A stretch of DNA of 64,000 nucleotides from Dendrobates tinctorius (lineage: Eukaryota), in contig NW_027361690.1 of assembly GCF_039654945.1 (NCBI RefSeq), positions 81,964,001-82,028,000 of the forward strand, read 5' to 3'. The notes beneath the pieces were generated by a model. It was not told the origin of the DNA. It worked only from the letters and a program-made list of their open reading frames with translations, and made no database searches. Positions within the stretch are counted from its first letter, which is position 1, and each line of letters starts with the position of its first letter. Below, piece after piece: positions 25,801 to 38,536 of this stretch. The position numbers and the translations under genes were made by a program.

Positions 25801-28078
25801 CTGCACCACCACTTGTGGCTTGATCGTGACAAAAGAGAGAACTTCGTGTGGCAAAATGTGACCAAGGGCAAAAATGCAAACTCGCACGTTTAGGTGAGCT
25901 GCACCAAGTGTTTTTCATAGGCTGGAGTCACACTACCGTAGAAAACGACCAAGTGCTATGTCAGAAAACCTCGCATAGCACATGGCCCAGTGTTAATCCA
26001 TGGGGCAGATCACATCACCGTTTATTTTCTCTGCCGTTTTCAGCGTGTGTGTAAAATCGCAGCGTACAGAGATTGTCACAGAGACTCGCCAATGCAAGAC
26101 TATGGGTGCAAGAGAAAAAAAGAAAATCAGACAGTACTTGGACCATGTGAGTGCTGTCCGATTTTTACGCAGCGATATCCTTTGAGAAGCTGGGAATTCA
26201 TGTGCCGCATACAGTAAAATCACCGAGTGACAGGTTAGAATAGATATATACACATAGAATACATAGATACATAGATGTCAGTGACACACACATATACATT
26301 AGGTTCGGAAAGTATTCAGACCACTTTAAATTTCACTCTTTGTTTCATTGCAGCCATTTGATAAATTCAAAAAAAGTTCATTTTTTTCTCATTAATGTAC
26401 ACTCTGCACCCCAATTTTAACGGAAAAAAACAAACGTAGAATTTTTTGCAAATTTATTAAAAAAGAAAACCTGAAATATCACATGGTCATAAGTATTCAG
26501 ACCTTTTGCTCAGACACTCATATTTAAGTCACATGCTGTCCATTTCCTTGTGATCCTCCTTGAGATGGTTCTATGCCTTCATTGGAGTGTGTTTAATTAA
26601 ACTGATAGGACTTGATTTGTAAAGGCACACACCTGTCTATATAAGACCTCACAGCTCACAGTGCATGTCAGACCAAATGAGAATCATGAGGTCAAAGGAA
26701 CTGGCCAAGGAGCTCAGATAGAATTGTGGCAAGGCACAAATTTGGCCAAGGTTACAAAATAATTTCTGCTGTACTCATGGTTCCTAAAAGCACAGTGACC
26801 TCCATAATCCTTAAATGGAAGAAGTTTGGGACTTCCAGATGTCTTCCTAGACCTGGCTGTCCAGCCAAACTGAGCAATCGTGGGAGGAGAGCCTTGGTGA
26901 GAGAGGTAAAGAAGAGTCTCAAGATCACTGTGGCTGAGCTCCACAGAGGCAGTAGGGAGATGGGAGAAAGCTCCACAAATTCAACTATCACTGCAGCCCT
27001 CCACCAGTCGGGCCTTTAAGGCAGTGACCGGACAGAAGCCCCTCCTCAGTGCAAGACAGCACGCAGAGTTTGCTAAAAAAAACACATGAAGGACTCCTAG
27101 ACTATGAGAAATAAGACTCTCTGGTCTGATGAGACAAAGATAGACCTTTTTGGTGATAATTCTAAGCGGTATGTGTGGAGAAAACCAGGCACTGCTCATC
27201 ACCTGCCCAATACAATCTCAACAGTGAAACATGGTGGTGGCAGCATCATGCTAAGGGAGTGTTTTTCAGCTGCAGGGACAGGACGACTGGTTGCCATTGA
27301 AGGAAAGATGAATGCGGCCAAGTAGAGATATCCTGGATGAAAACCTCTTCTAGAGTGCTCTGGATTTCAGACTTGGCCAAAGGTTCACCTTCCAACAAGA
27401 CAATGACCCTAAACACACAGCTCAATAACAAAGGAGTGGCGCGTGGCTATGTAGCTGAAGAGAGAGGACGCATGTTGGGAGAGCTCCCAGGAATCCTGCC
27501 CTTATCCTGCAACTAAGACCTTATTACTGCAATATACCTGGCGGTACTTGGACCCCTGGATATCGGGACCCCCCTGGACTCCCGTGGGAGGATGTGGAGC
27601 GGTTCTGGTGAGCTAACTGCTGGGGAGGCCGGGATGGACGGCGGCCATCTTAGACGCGCGCGCTGGCAGTGAGAGTTGCGGCGTCGGCCTTCACAGCTGC
27701 AGCGCCACCCGGGCAGTGAACATCCATTCTGAGGACTAGAGGGGACGCGTGGTGAGTGCCCTGAAAGATTGGGCCCTGCGTTTTCTCCCCCCTACTGTTA
27801 TACTCGCTATACCTGTTGGCGCCATTACTGTGGGAGCTTGTGGACTCTCTTCACTGCTGCTGTCTCTGTGGGTGCTGCGGATCCCCCTCCCCGCCGCAAG
27901 AAATCCTGTTGACTCGGCACCGGACGCTGTCCTCAGAAGCTCACGTGGCACCTTTGCGTGGGAATTATTACTGGGCTGCAATCATTTAAAAATAGCCCTG
28001 CTGTGTTTATCATCTGACGTGGGAAACCACCGGAGCATATACCTCCAGTTATCTTGCTGTACCATACTGCCACTGATC

Positions 28079-28983
28079 ATGAATCGATCTAAGGGGTCAT
28101 GAGCAGCAGAAAAGTTGAAAGAATACGCCAGACCCGATCCCTCTGAAAGTGCATGATCTCTTAAAACCAATCCCTCTCAAGCTCAGCGTAAAAATCGTCC
28201 ATCTGGGGGAGAAGAATCTGAGCAGGAAGAACTGACCGTCAAACAGGCGTCCGAACAGTTGATGCAGGCCATCTCATTGACTAGGACATCCCTGACTGAG
28301 AAAATAGAGGACGTATATACTGAGGTGGGACGACTTCGACAGGATATGCAAACCATGAGGGGACGCATTACAGAAGTGGAGACAAGAGTGTCCCAGGTGG
28401 AGGACACCATCGCGCCTATGGAGGCCAAGTTAACAAAGCGGCAGGTTCTGTGAACGCCTGGAGGCAGAAAGCGGACGACCTGGAGAATAGAATGCTTCAT
28501 AACAATATTCGTGTCATTGGTCTACCGGAACGCTCAGAAGGTCAATATCCTGAGCAATTTCTGGAAGGTTGGCTTAAGGCTTCTTTGGGAGATGAATTCT
28601 CTCCAATGTTTGCGGCCGAAAGGGCTCACAGGGTCCCTTCAAAACCCCTTCCTCCTGGAACCCCACCTAGACCTTTCCTGGCACGTCTCCTCAACTGTAA
28701 AGACAGAGACACTATCCTGCGCCTTGCACTGCAAAAAGGCCCCATCAAGTTCAACAATGCCGTGATCTCGATTTTCCCAGACTTTTCCATGGAACTTCAG
28801 AAACAGAGGGCACAATTCATAGATGTAAAGAAGCAGCTCAAAGAGAGAAATGTTATATACTCAATGATCTATCCGGCCCGGCTTCGGGTCGTACATGGGG
28901 GCTCCTCTGTGTTTTTTACGGATCCAGCGGAGGCAACTGAGTGGCTTCGGTCTCATATGGGATCCCCTGCAAAGGAATCCTAA
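28079..28983 (+). pseudogene. L1 ORF1 (coiled coil, RRM, CTD), disrupted
   Basis: DDLENR..NNIRVIGLPE, ERAHR, IFPDFS, YPARLRV motifs; stops and a frameshift. Confidence 0.88.
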
Positions 28984-29281
28984 TATACTTACTACTAACC
29001 TAAATTCTTTTATTAATGGTCTAATGGGGGCTCTCCTTGCAGGTACCCAGTTTACCAACTATACCGGACACTGTGACCAGTGATGGTATCCCCCTGCTTG
29101 TGTTTTGCTAGGAGCGTGAGACTTTGCTCCACTAATGTTTGGTTCCTGTTTTGTTTTCTTTTTTACAATAGTTTTGATTGTTACTTAGGTAAAAGTCGCA
29201 GCCAATGGCAATCTCAATCTCTATGTGGTGCCTCTAAATTCTGCTCGGGTAGTACTGTATGCCATATTCAACGAAGTGGCT

Positions 29282-32200
29282 ATGGGGTCTGAGATGATAT
29301 GTATGACATGGAACGTGAGAGATATAAAGGCCCCCCGGAAAAAGATCAAGGTTTTCTCGCAGATCAGACATTATCATCCTCACATTGTGGCCTTAGTGGA
29401 GTCGCATCTGACCAGAGATACTGCTCGGTGCGTGCAGAAACCTTGGGTACAATGGTCTGTCCATGCATATCACACTAGTTATTCGAGAGGGGTCTCATTG
29501 CTGGTACATAGAGACGTTAGATGGGAAGCCAGGGAGACCCGGATGGATCCTGAAGGTCGCTTTGTCTTTGTACATGCATTGATAAATACCAGGGAATATG
29601 TAATCCTATGTGTTTATAACCCCCCACCAGCCAATACGTCCATTCTTCAAAAAGCAATGAGCTTTGCCTTAAATCATCCAGACGCCGATGTTATCTGCAT
29701 GGGAGACTTCAACATGGTCATGAATACCAACCTGGACAAATTGAGATTAGAGGGAGGCACGTCTGGGGGAGTCTCTTCATTGAATGTGACCCAACTGTCA
29801 TTATTTAAGGAAGGTAGCGGGTGGCTAGATTTATGGAGGATGCGTCACCCTGAATCAAGGGAGTATACCTGCCACTCATCCACTAAGCGATCTCTATTGC
29901 GCATAGATTATATATTCGGATCCAGCGGTCTGGCGATGTGGGTAGACAACATAGAACATGGCAGTAGGAGGATTTCAGACCATAGTCCGGTCATTCTTAA
30001 ACTTAAATATGGGCAACCAAATAATAGGATATTCTGGAAGCTGAATCCTTTTTGGTTAAAGTTAATGGCGACTCCAGATAGAATAATCGATCAGTTGCAT
30101 TGCTTCATCTCATCCCACCCAGAGCCTCAAGATATCAATTTATTTTGGGATGCCCTTAAGGCATATCTGAGGGGTTGCTAATCTTACACGATTTCTTATA
30201 TTAAAAGGGTAACCTCAAGGGAGGATGATGAGATGGAGCGGCGATTGAAAGATTCAGAGGCTGCATACATATCTAACCAAACTAGCGGTAACAGTACTGA
30301 GTGGTTGGCTGCTCAGAGGTTATATGCTCAGCATAAGGACCCTAAGTCCAAGCGTAAACTACTCTTTACTCGCCAGTCGTATTTTGAGCTAGGAAACCAG
30401 GCAAGCAAACTCTTAGCCTATTTGGTGCGCCAACATAACACCTCAAATACAATACTACAGATTCGTAAGCCGGATGATTCATTGGTATCTTCAACTTTAG
30501 AAATACTTGGCTGTTTTTATGATTATTACAGGTCATTATATGAATCTAAAAGTGACTGTGACAGCTTGGGGTGTTTTGACTGTCAGATGTGACATTCCCT
30601 ACATTAGATCCTGAACAACAGGCCCTTATGGACGCTGAATTTACTGCGGAGGAGATAGAAAATGCCATAATAGACATGGCCTCCGGGAAGGCCCCAGGGC
30701 CAGATGGATTCCCTATTGAATTGTACAGAAAATATAGGGATATATTAACGCCACTTTTGGTTAATGTATTTCAGGGAATTTGGGAAGGGAAATCTATGCC
30801 TGAATCCTTTTACGAAGCTAATATCATATTGCTTAGGAAGGAGGGGAAGGACCCTTTGGAATGTGGATCCTACCGCCCTATCTCGTTAGTAAATGTGGAC
30901 TATAAAATTTTTACTAAGATTCTAGCTCTGAAATAGCACAGAAAGAGGACTTAAAAATCCTCCAATAATAAAAAACAGCAAAAGAGCTAAATGGTTTACC
31001 CGTACAGGCCTCCAGACAAATGCACTATCAGGATGCAGTGGACCCATATAGTTAAGATGGTAACACAGGTGCAAGAATACCGATGAAACAACCGCTCACA
31101 GCCTACCAATACATGGAGGGGCGGTCAGCTAATAGTCCACATTTTTTAATGTGTTTTTTGCACTTTTTATTCAGGGTGCAGTTGGGCCCATTTGGTCTAG
31201 TAAACTGCGGTGTCTGTTCACATGGCATGCATTTTGATAGCGTTGGGCAGCCCGCCTGAGCTAATAGAAGGGTGTCACTACTAGGCTGGCCTGGATGCTG
31301 TGCATTGCCATAGTGTGAGCAGCGCCGCATACAAGTTTTTTATTGTGCATTAACATACCAGGCAACCGCCCCCTCCATGTATTGGTAGGCTGTGAGCAGT
31401 TGTTTCATCGGTATTCTTGCACCTGTGTTACCATCTTAACTATATGGGGCCACTGCATCCTGATAGTGCATTTGTCTGGAGGCCTGCACGGGTAAACCAT
31501 TTTGCTCTTTTGCTGTTTTCGAAGATTCTAGCTACCAGACTGAATTCGATTATATTGAGCCTTATACATTCTGATCAAACAGGTTTAATGCCTGGTAAGA
31601 GCACTTCCATTAACATCAGATGGGTCCAGTCAATAGCCCAATATAGCTCTCTAATGCAGGATAACAAGTGGGCACTGGCATCGCTAGATGCTGCCAAAGC
31701 TATTGACTCTCTTGAATGGCCTTTCCTCTCTGCGTGCTTACAAAGATATGGCTTTGGGGATAAATTTATAAAATGGATCAAAATACTATATATGAAGCCC
31801 AAAGCCCGTATTATAGTGAACAACTCCGTGTCTGAGTCTTTTCCATTGCATAGGGGGACTCGTCAATGGTGCCCCCTCTCCCCGGCCCTATTTGCCCTTG
31901 CGATTGAGGCATTGGCAATACGTATTAGATCTTCCCCTGGTATTAAAGGTATAAATATAGCGGGTCGGGTAGATACCATTGGTCTATATGCTGACTATAT
32001 GGTGATATTCATGGATGAAGTGGAGGAGACTCTACCACAAGTAATTTCCATTATAGATAGATTCAGTAAATACTCAGGTCTATATATAAATTGGGAGAAG
32101 TCCGCTCTGCTACCCCTTTCTCACGCCCCAATGCCCCAGTTTGAAGCTCTCTCCTCGCTGCCTATTGTATCTAGTTTTAAATATTTGGGTATATATATAT

Positions 32201-33660
32201 CTCAAAATAGTACGCTTGACTCAACTCAATATTCACCCATTGCTGGAACTAGTTAAAATGAAATTCACAACTTGGAGCAAACTCCCGCTGTCTGTGGCCA
32301 GACGTATAAACCTACTGTAATTAAAATGATATTACTCCCCAGGTTTAGCTACTCCCTTCAGCATAGTGCCGTAATAGTACCCAAGTCCTTCTTTGTAAAT
32401 CTCAATTCCCAGATCATATCTTTCATCCGGAGGAAACCTAGGCCCAAACTTAAATTGACCACCCTGCAGAGACCAAAGAAGGGAGGTGGGGCGGCGTTAC
32501 CAGATTTTTTCTTATACTATTTGGCTGGGCAAGCTAAAGCTTTAAATAAATGGATGCAGGGTAGTTGCCTCCCCGATTCGGAAAGCCATCAACTCCATGC
32601 TGCGCAAACTGACTGCCCACTAGGTTTCCTTGAGTTGGAGAGGACTAATGTCCCTCGTCTACTACCCTTGCTCCGACTGGTGCGATTAGTATGGAGACAG
32701 ATTAAGAAAGCAATTGGGTTTAAAGATTTTATAGCTGAGATGCCCCTATGGAATAATGACTATTTCCCAGAACTACTGAACCACCCATCCACTGTTTTTT
32801 GGATGCAACATAATGTTTCTTCGATGGGAGACTTGTATGACCAGGGGACCTTGGTGTCTTTTGAGCAATTACAGGTTGCACATGATATTCCGAGATCCCA
32901 GTTTTTCCGTTATTTACAGCTGAGATCGGCTCTTCAACCACACATGAGATGTGGGGGTGTGGACCGTACTATTTAATCTCTGCCTCTGATAGGAATCCTT
33001 AATTCACAGGGTCCCCAGGGTCTCATCTCCTCTTTATACACGTACATGCTGTCGGTGGGAACGGAATCTGCTATAAGCTCTATTAAAACGAAATGGGACA
33101 GACTCATCCCTCATGCTCAGGGAGAGGAGTGGGAGGAGATCCTGGAATCTCCGATCGGAGTATCACCATCTATTAATAATAGAATGATACAGCTGTATAT
33201 AATTAATCACTCATACTTAACTCCGACACGACTTTTCAGGATGGGTCGACTTCAATCATCAGAATGTCTGTGATGTCATTCACCAGATGCGGATTTTGTT
33301 CATATGATCTGGCAATGTCCCATTATTTTACAGTACTGGAAAGAGGTGACCCTGCTTTTGTCATCCGTGATGCAGGCCCCGGTTCCTCTTGTACCACTGG
33401 TCTGCTTGTTTGGGGTATGGGATGAGGAGAATTGGGGTCATTATGACGGGATTTTTCTGCGTGAAACGCTATTTATGGCACGGAAGGTGTTGGCACTACG
33501 GTGGATGGGGGGTTCATGTCCCTCCCTTAGAATGTGGATTGACTTGGTGAACTCGATTGTTCCATACGAACGTACGCTTTATCAAAATAGGGGATGCCCG
33601 GACAAATTTGAGAAGATCTGGGAGAGGTGGAATTCCTCTCACCTTACTTTGCAAAATTGA
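29282..33660 (+). pseudogene. L1 ORF2 (APE endonuclease and RT), disrupted
   Basis: TWNVR, GDFN, RIDY, SDHSPV, KAPGPDG, YRPISL, GTRQxCPLSP, YADY motifs across broken frames. Confidence 0.92.
30928..31521. mobile_element. Non-coding insertion with about 150-bp inverted arms (Penelope-like architecture) inside L1 ORF2
   Basis: 12-bp TSD aagattctagct (30916-30927, 31522-31533); arms about 30973-31124 and 31365-31519. Confidence 0.8.
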
Positions 33661-34945
33661 GACACCATGTGTGAGATAACATGATATAAGATATTAGGCT
33701 GCGCAGTTGTAGGCACCAGTTGATATAGTTGTAGTTTAGGAATGTTCTTTATTATCTGAATGAATAATATGATAACAGCTGGTGAAAGTCAACTGATATG
33801 CATGCTTCACAATGTATAACCGGTTGGCTGTTTTCTGTATACTTGAAAGGCTAATGTTCTTTATTATCTGCATGAACAATATGATAAAAGCCTGTGAAAG
33901 TCAACTGATATACATGCTTCACAATGTATAACTGTCTGTTTCTGCATATTTGCAAGGGCTATGGGTGTATTTTACTATCATAAGCCAATATGTATGTTAT
34001 TCTCCTTTTTGATTAATAAACGAATTAAAAAAAAAAAATAAAGGAGTGGCTTCAGAACAACTCTGTGACCATTCTTGACTGGCAAAGCCAGAGCCCTGAC
34101 CTAAACACAATTGAGCATCTCTGGAGAGACCTGAAAATGGCTGTCCACCAACATTCACCATCCAACCTGATGGAACTGGAGAGAATCTGCAAGGAAGAAT
34201 GGCAGAGGATGCCCAAATCCAGGTGTGAAAAACTTGTTGCATCATTCCCAAGAAGACTCATGGCTGTACTAGCTCAAAAGGGTGCTTCTGCTCAATACTG
34301 AGCAAAGGGTCTGAATACTTATGACCATGTGATAATTCAGTTTTTCTTTTTTAATAAATTTGCACAAATTTCTACATTTCTGTTTTTTTTTTTCCAGTCA
34401 AGATGGGGTGCAGAGTGTACATTAATAAGAAAAAATGAACTATTTTGAATTTACCAAATGGATGCAATGAAACAAGTAGTGAAAAATTTAAAGGGGCCTG
34501 AATACTTTCCGTACCCACTGTATATGTATATATATTACACAGATAGAAGAAAAACTGCAATTCAGAAGCCACGTAGTGTAAAATCACTGCAAGAGCCGAC
34601 AGGATAGAAGAGATGGATTACATACAATAAATACACATAGAATAGGTAGAATAAGTATGTATGCAGCTAATTGTACATGCACTTAATAAAAGATTATTTT
34701 TCATAAAAAAATGGTGTGGGCTCCCGCGTAATTTTTGCAACCAGCAGAGGGAAAGCCGATGGCTGGGGGCCGATGTTTATAGCCTGGGAAGGGGGTGATA
34801 TAGAAGGGTTAATAGTTTGCCTTTATATCCCTTTGCCTTTAATTCTTCAATTGCCTTTTGCCTTTCATTGCTATGTTTTTTTTATTCTGATGACACCGCA
34901 GACTATTAGTCTCTGCTTCAAAGAGACTATTCTTGTTATCATATA

Positions 34946-36166
34946 CACTCACTGGCCACTTTATTAGGTACACCTGTCCAACTGTGTGTTAAGACTTAAT
35001 TTCTAATCAGCCAATCACATGGCGGCAACTCAGTGCATTTAGGCATGTAGACATGGTCAAGACAATCTCCTGCAGTTCAAACCGAGCATCAGTATGGAGA
35101 AGAAAGGTGATTTGAGTGCCTTTGAACGTGGCATGATTGTTGGTGCCAGAAGGGCTGGTCTGAGAATTTCAGAAACTGCTGATCTACTGGGATTTTCACG
35201 CACAACCATCTCTAGGGTTTACAGAGAATGGTCCGAAAAAGAAAAAAAATCCAGTGAGCGGCAGTTCTGTGGCCGGAAATGCCATGTTGATGCCAGAGGT
35301 CAGAGGAGAATGGGCAGACTGGTTCGAGCTGATAGAAAGGCAACAGTGACTCAAATTGCCACCCGTTACAACCAAGGTAGGCAGAAGAGCATCTCTGAAC
35401 GCACAGTGCGTCGAACTTTGAGGCAGATGGGCTACAGCAGCAGAAGACCACACTGGGTACCACTCCTCTCAGCTAAGAACAGGAAACTGAGGCTACAATT
35501 TGCACAAGCTCATCGAAATTGGACAGTAGAAGATTGGAAAAACGTTGCCTGGTCTGATGAGTTTCGATTTCTGCTGCGACATTCGGATGGTAGGGTCAGA
35601 ATTTGGCGTAAACAACATGAAAGCATGGATCCATCCTGCCTTGTATCAACGGTTCAGGCTGGTGGTGGTGGTGTCATGGTGTGGGGAATTTTTTCTGGGC
35701 ACTCTTTGGGCCCCTTGGTACCAATTGAGCATCGTTGCAACGCCACAGCCTACCTGAGTATTGTTGCTGACCATGTCCATCCCTTTATGACCACAATGTA
35801 CCCAACATCTGATGGCTACTTTCAGCAGGATAATGCGCCATGTCATAAAGCTCGAATCATCTCAGATTGGTTTCTTGAACATGACAATGAGTTTACTGTA
35901 CTCAAATGGCCTCCTCAGTCACCAGATCTCAATCCAATAGAGCATCTTTGGGATGTGGTGGAACGGGAGATTCGCATCAGGGATGTGCAGCCGACAAATC
36001 TGCGCCAACTGTGTGATGCCATCATGTCAATATGGTCCAAAATCTCTGAGGAATGCTTCCAGCACCTTGTTGAATCTCTGCCACGAAGAATTGAGGCAGT
36101 TCTGAAGGCAAAAGGGGGTCCAACCCCTTACTAGCATGGTGTACCTAATAAAGTGGCCAGTGAGTG
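34946..36166 (+). mobile_element. Intact DD36E (Incomer-type) Tc1 transposon, copy 2
   Basis: 1221 bp, same 29-bp TIRs, TA flanks; nearly identical to copy 1. Confidence 0.95.
35094..36134 (+). CDS. DD36E transposase, 346 aa
   Basis: Full ORF differing from copy 1 at three residues. Confidence 0.93.
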   Translation: MEKKGDLSAFERGMIVGARRAGLRISETADLLGFSRTTISRVYREWSEKEKKSSERQFCGRKCHVDARGQRRMGRLVRADRKATVTQIATRYNQGRQKSISERTVRRTLRQMGYSSRRPHWVPLLSAKNRKLRLQFAQAHRNWTVEDWKNVAWSDEFRFLLRHSDGRVRIWRKQHESMDPSCLVSTVQAGGGGVMVWGIFSGHSLGPLVPIEHRCNATAYLSIVADHVHPFMTTMYPTSDGYFQQDNAPCHKARIISDWFLEHDNEFTVLKWPPQSPDLNPIEHLWDVVEREIRIRDVQPTNLRQLCDAIMSIWSKISEECFQHLVESLPRRIEAVLKAKGGPTPY

Positions 36167-37449
36167 TATGTTCTCAATAGTCAGCAACAACATGTTCTGG
36201 GTACATGGTAAACATGGTATGACCCTGGGATAAACGGTGGGGGCCACATGAGCTCCATAGAATTACATATTACTGTAAATGGTATAAAATATTGCCTTGT
36301 GTTTCATTACGTCAGATAAAGTGATTTGCCCATGGCCCGTGTGCAGTCTCTTTTGTCTCCAAGCGCTTGTAAATTAAGGGCGTAAACTCCTAATTTGGTC
36401 TCACTGGTGATCTAGCATATCGGACTCTGGGTGAGAACAAAACAGCTACGACAGGGGTAATACCCATAAAGCTTCCCAGGCTATTAATATCAGCTCACAA
36501 CTATATACTTAGCCTTTATTGGCTATTAAAATGGGGGGGGACCATTAAAAAAATGACAAAGGGTCCCCCTATAATAAATAACCAGCAAAGGCTATGCAGA
36601 CAGCTGTGGACTGATATTAATAGCCTAGGAAAGGGCCATGGATACTGGCCCCACCAGGCTAAAAAGATCAGCTCTCAGCCGCCCCAGAAAAGGTGCATCT
36701 CTAAGATGGCAAGTGGCGTGATAGTTGGGTGGATGTCACCTTTGTATTGTCAGGTAACACCAAGCCAGAGGTTATGGAGAGGCATCAATAAGACGCCCCC
36801 ATTGCTAACCCCATAGTCACATTGTATGAAAACACAGACACCCAGAATAAAGTCCTTTAATTGAAAGAATGACACAGACTCCTTTAGAAAATCTTAATTA
36901 AACCATACTTACGACCTCACCCATTCCACTGACGCCCTTATCATCTGCAAAAGAGTTAATAAAACAAACAATATTCCTCAACTTTCCGCAGAGATGCTGC
37001 TAATCCATTTGTCCCACGAGGGGTCTAAATCTGCTACATCTAGATGGCAGGCTGCATGGTTGCATGATGCGACCATACAGCCTGTCATCCAGCAGAAACA
37101 CTGAAAACTCTGTGCTCAGTGTCTCCTTGTGAACTCCTATTCTCTGCCTGAGGGCACAGAGAGCAAGAAAGTTCTCCCGCTCACGGTGCCGTCAGACAGG
37201 TCCTGCAAGTTCACAGCCAATGAACTCACTTCACCTAACTGATGTCAGTGGGAGCGCGGTGGGGAAGTACAAATTGTATTTATCACTGACATCTATAGAT
37301 CTACCTATTCTATTTGAATTTACTGTATGTAATACATCTCTTCTATCCTGTTGGGTCCTGCTGTGATTTTACACTACACGGCTGCTGAATTGCTGGCTTT
37401 TCTTCTATGTAATATATGTACATATATATATACTGTATGTGTGTGTATT

Positions 37450-38340
37450 TTTCAAAGATGCTAACATAAAATGATTCAGAAATACACTTTATACATTGTT
37501 AATGTGGTAAATGACTATTCTAGCTGCAAACGTCTGGTTTGTAATGCAATATCTCCATAGGTGTATAGAGGCCCATTTCCAACAACCATCACTCCAGTGT
37601 TCTTCCGGTACTTTGTGTTTGCTAACTGTGTAAGAAGGCTAATGGATGGTTAGAATACCCTTGAAAACCTGAAAACCCTTGTGCAAGTATGTTAGCACAG
37701 CTGAAAAAAGTTTGGCTGATTAGAGAAGCTATAAACCTGACCTTCCTTTGAGCTAGTTGAGAATCTGGAGCATTACATTTGTTGGTTCCATTAAACTCTC
37801 AAAATGGCCTGAAAAAAAAAAAATTCATGTGAAACTCGACACTCTATTCTTGCTCTTAGAAATGAAGGCTATTCCATGCGAGAAATTGCCAAGAAACTGA
37901 AGATTTCCTACAACGGTGTGTACTACTCCCTTCAGAGGAGAGCACAAGCAGGCTCTCACCAGAGAAGAGAGAGAAGTGGGAGGCCCCGCTACACAACTGA
38001 GCAACAAGACAAGTACATTAGAGTCTGCAGTTTGAGAAATTGACGCCTTACAGGTCCTAAACTGGCAACTTAATTAAATAGTACATGAAAAACGCCAGTG
38101 TCAATGTCTACAGTGAAGAGGCGACTCCAGGATGATGGCCTTCAGGGCAGATTGGCAAAGAAAAAGCCATATCTGAGACTGGCTAATAAAAGGAAAAGAT
38201 TAATACGGGCAAAAGAATACAGACATTGGACAGAGTAAAATTGGAAAAATTGTTATGGACAGACGAATCCAAGTTTGAGGTGTTTGGATCACACAGAAGA
38301 ACATTTGTGAGACTCAGAACAACTGAAAAGATGTTGAAGT
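37450..38340 (+). mobile_element. Decayed Tc1 fragment
   Basis: RNEGYSMREIAKKLKISYNGVYYSL..SGRPR and LWTDESKFEVFGS. Confidence 0.8.
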
Positions 38341-38475
38341 GCAAGTGCGTGAAAAGGCCGTTGTCCACTCTCTGTACGTTCCTCCCATGCCAATGCCTTT
38401 TACTTAATAAAGAATTTTCACGACAGAACGGTGAGTGCCATCACTTTTTTTCCTCTTTTCTATAAAATCAATGTA

Positions 38476-38536
<61 letters not shown>

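Larger units (their letters stand above)
27441..34039 (+). mobile_element. Full-length decayed L1-clade LINE
   Basis: 11-bp TSD aaaggagtggc (27430-27440, 34040-34050); GC-rich 5' UTR, ORF1, ORF2, AATAAA and poly-A tail. Confidence 0.95.
26300..34520 (+). mobile_element. Decayed long-TIR Tc1 split by an L1
   Basis: TIRs about 26300-26505 and 34305-34520; transposase pieces 26686-27440 resume at 34040-34301. Confidence 0.9.

Noticed and set aside
34801-36451. Possible solo LTR hosting DD36E copy 2
   Set aside because: Only an imperfect flanking duplication and no clear TG start
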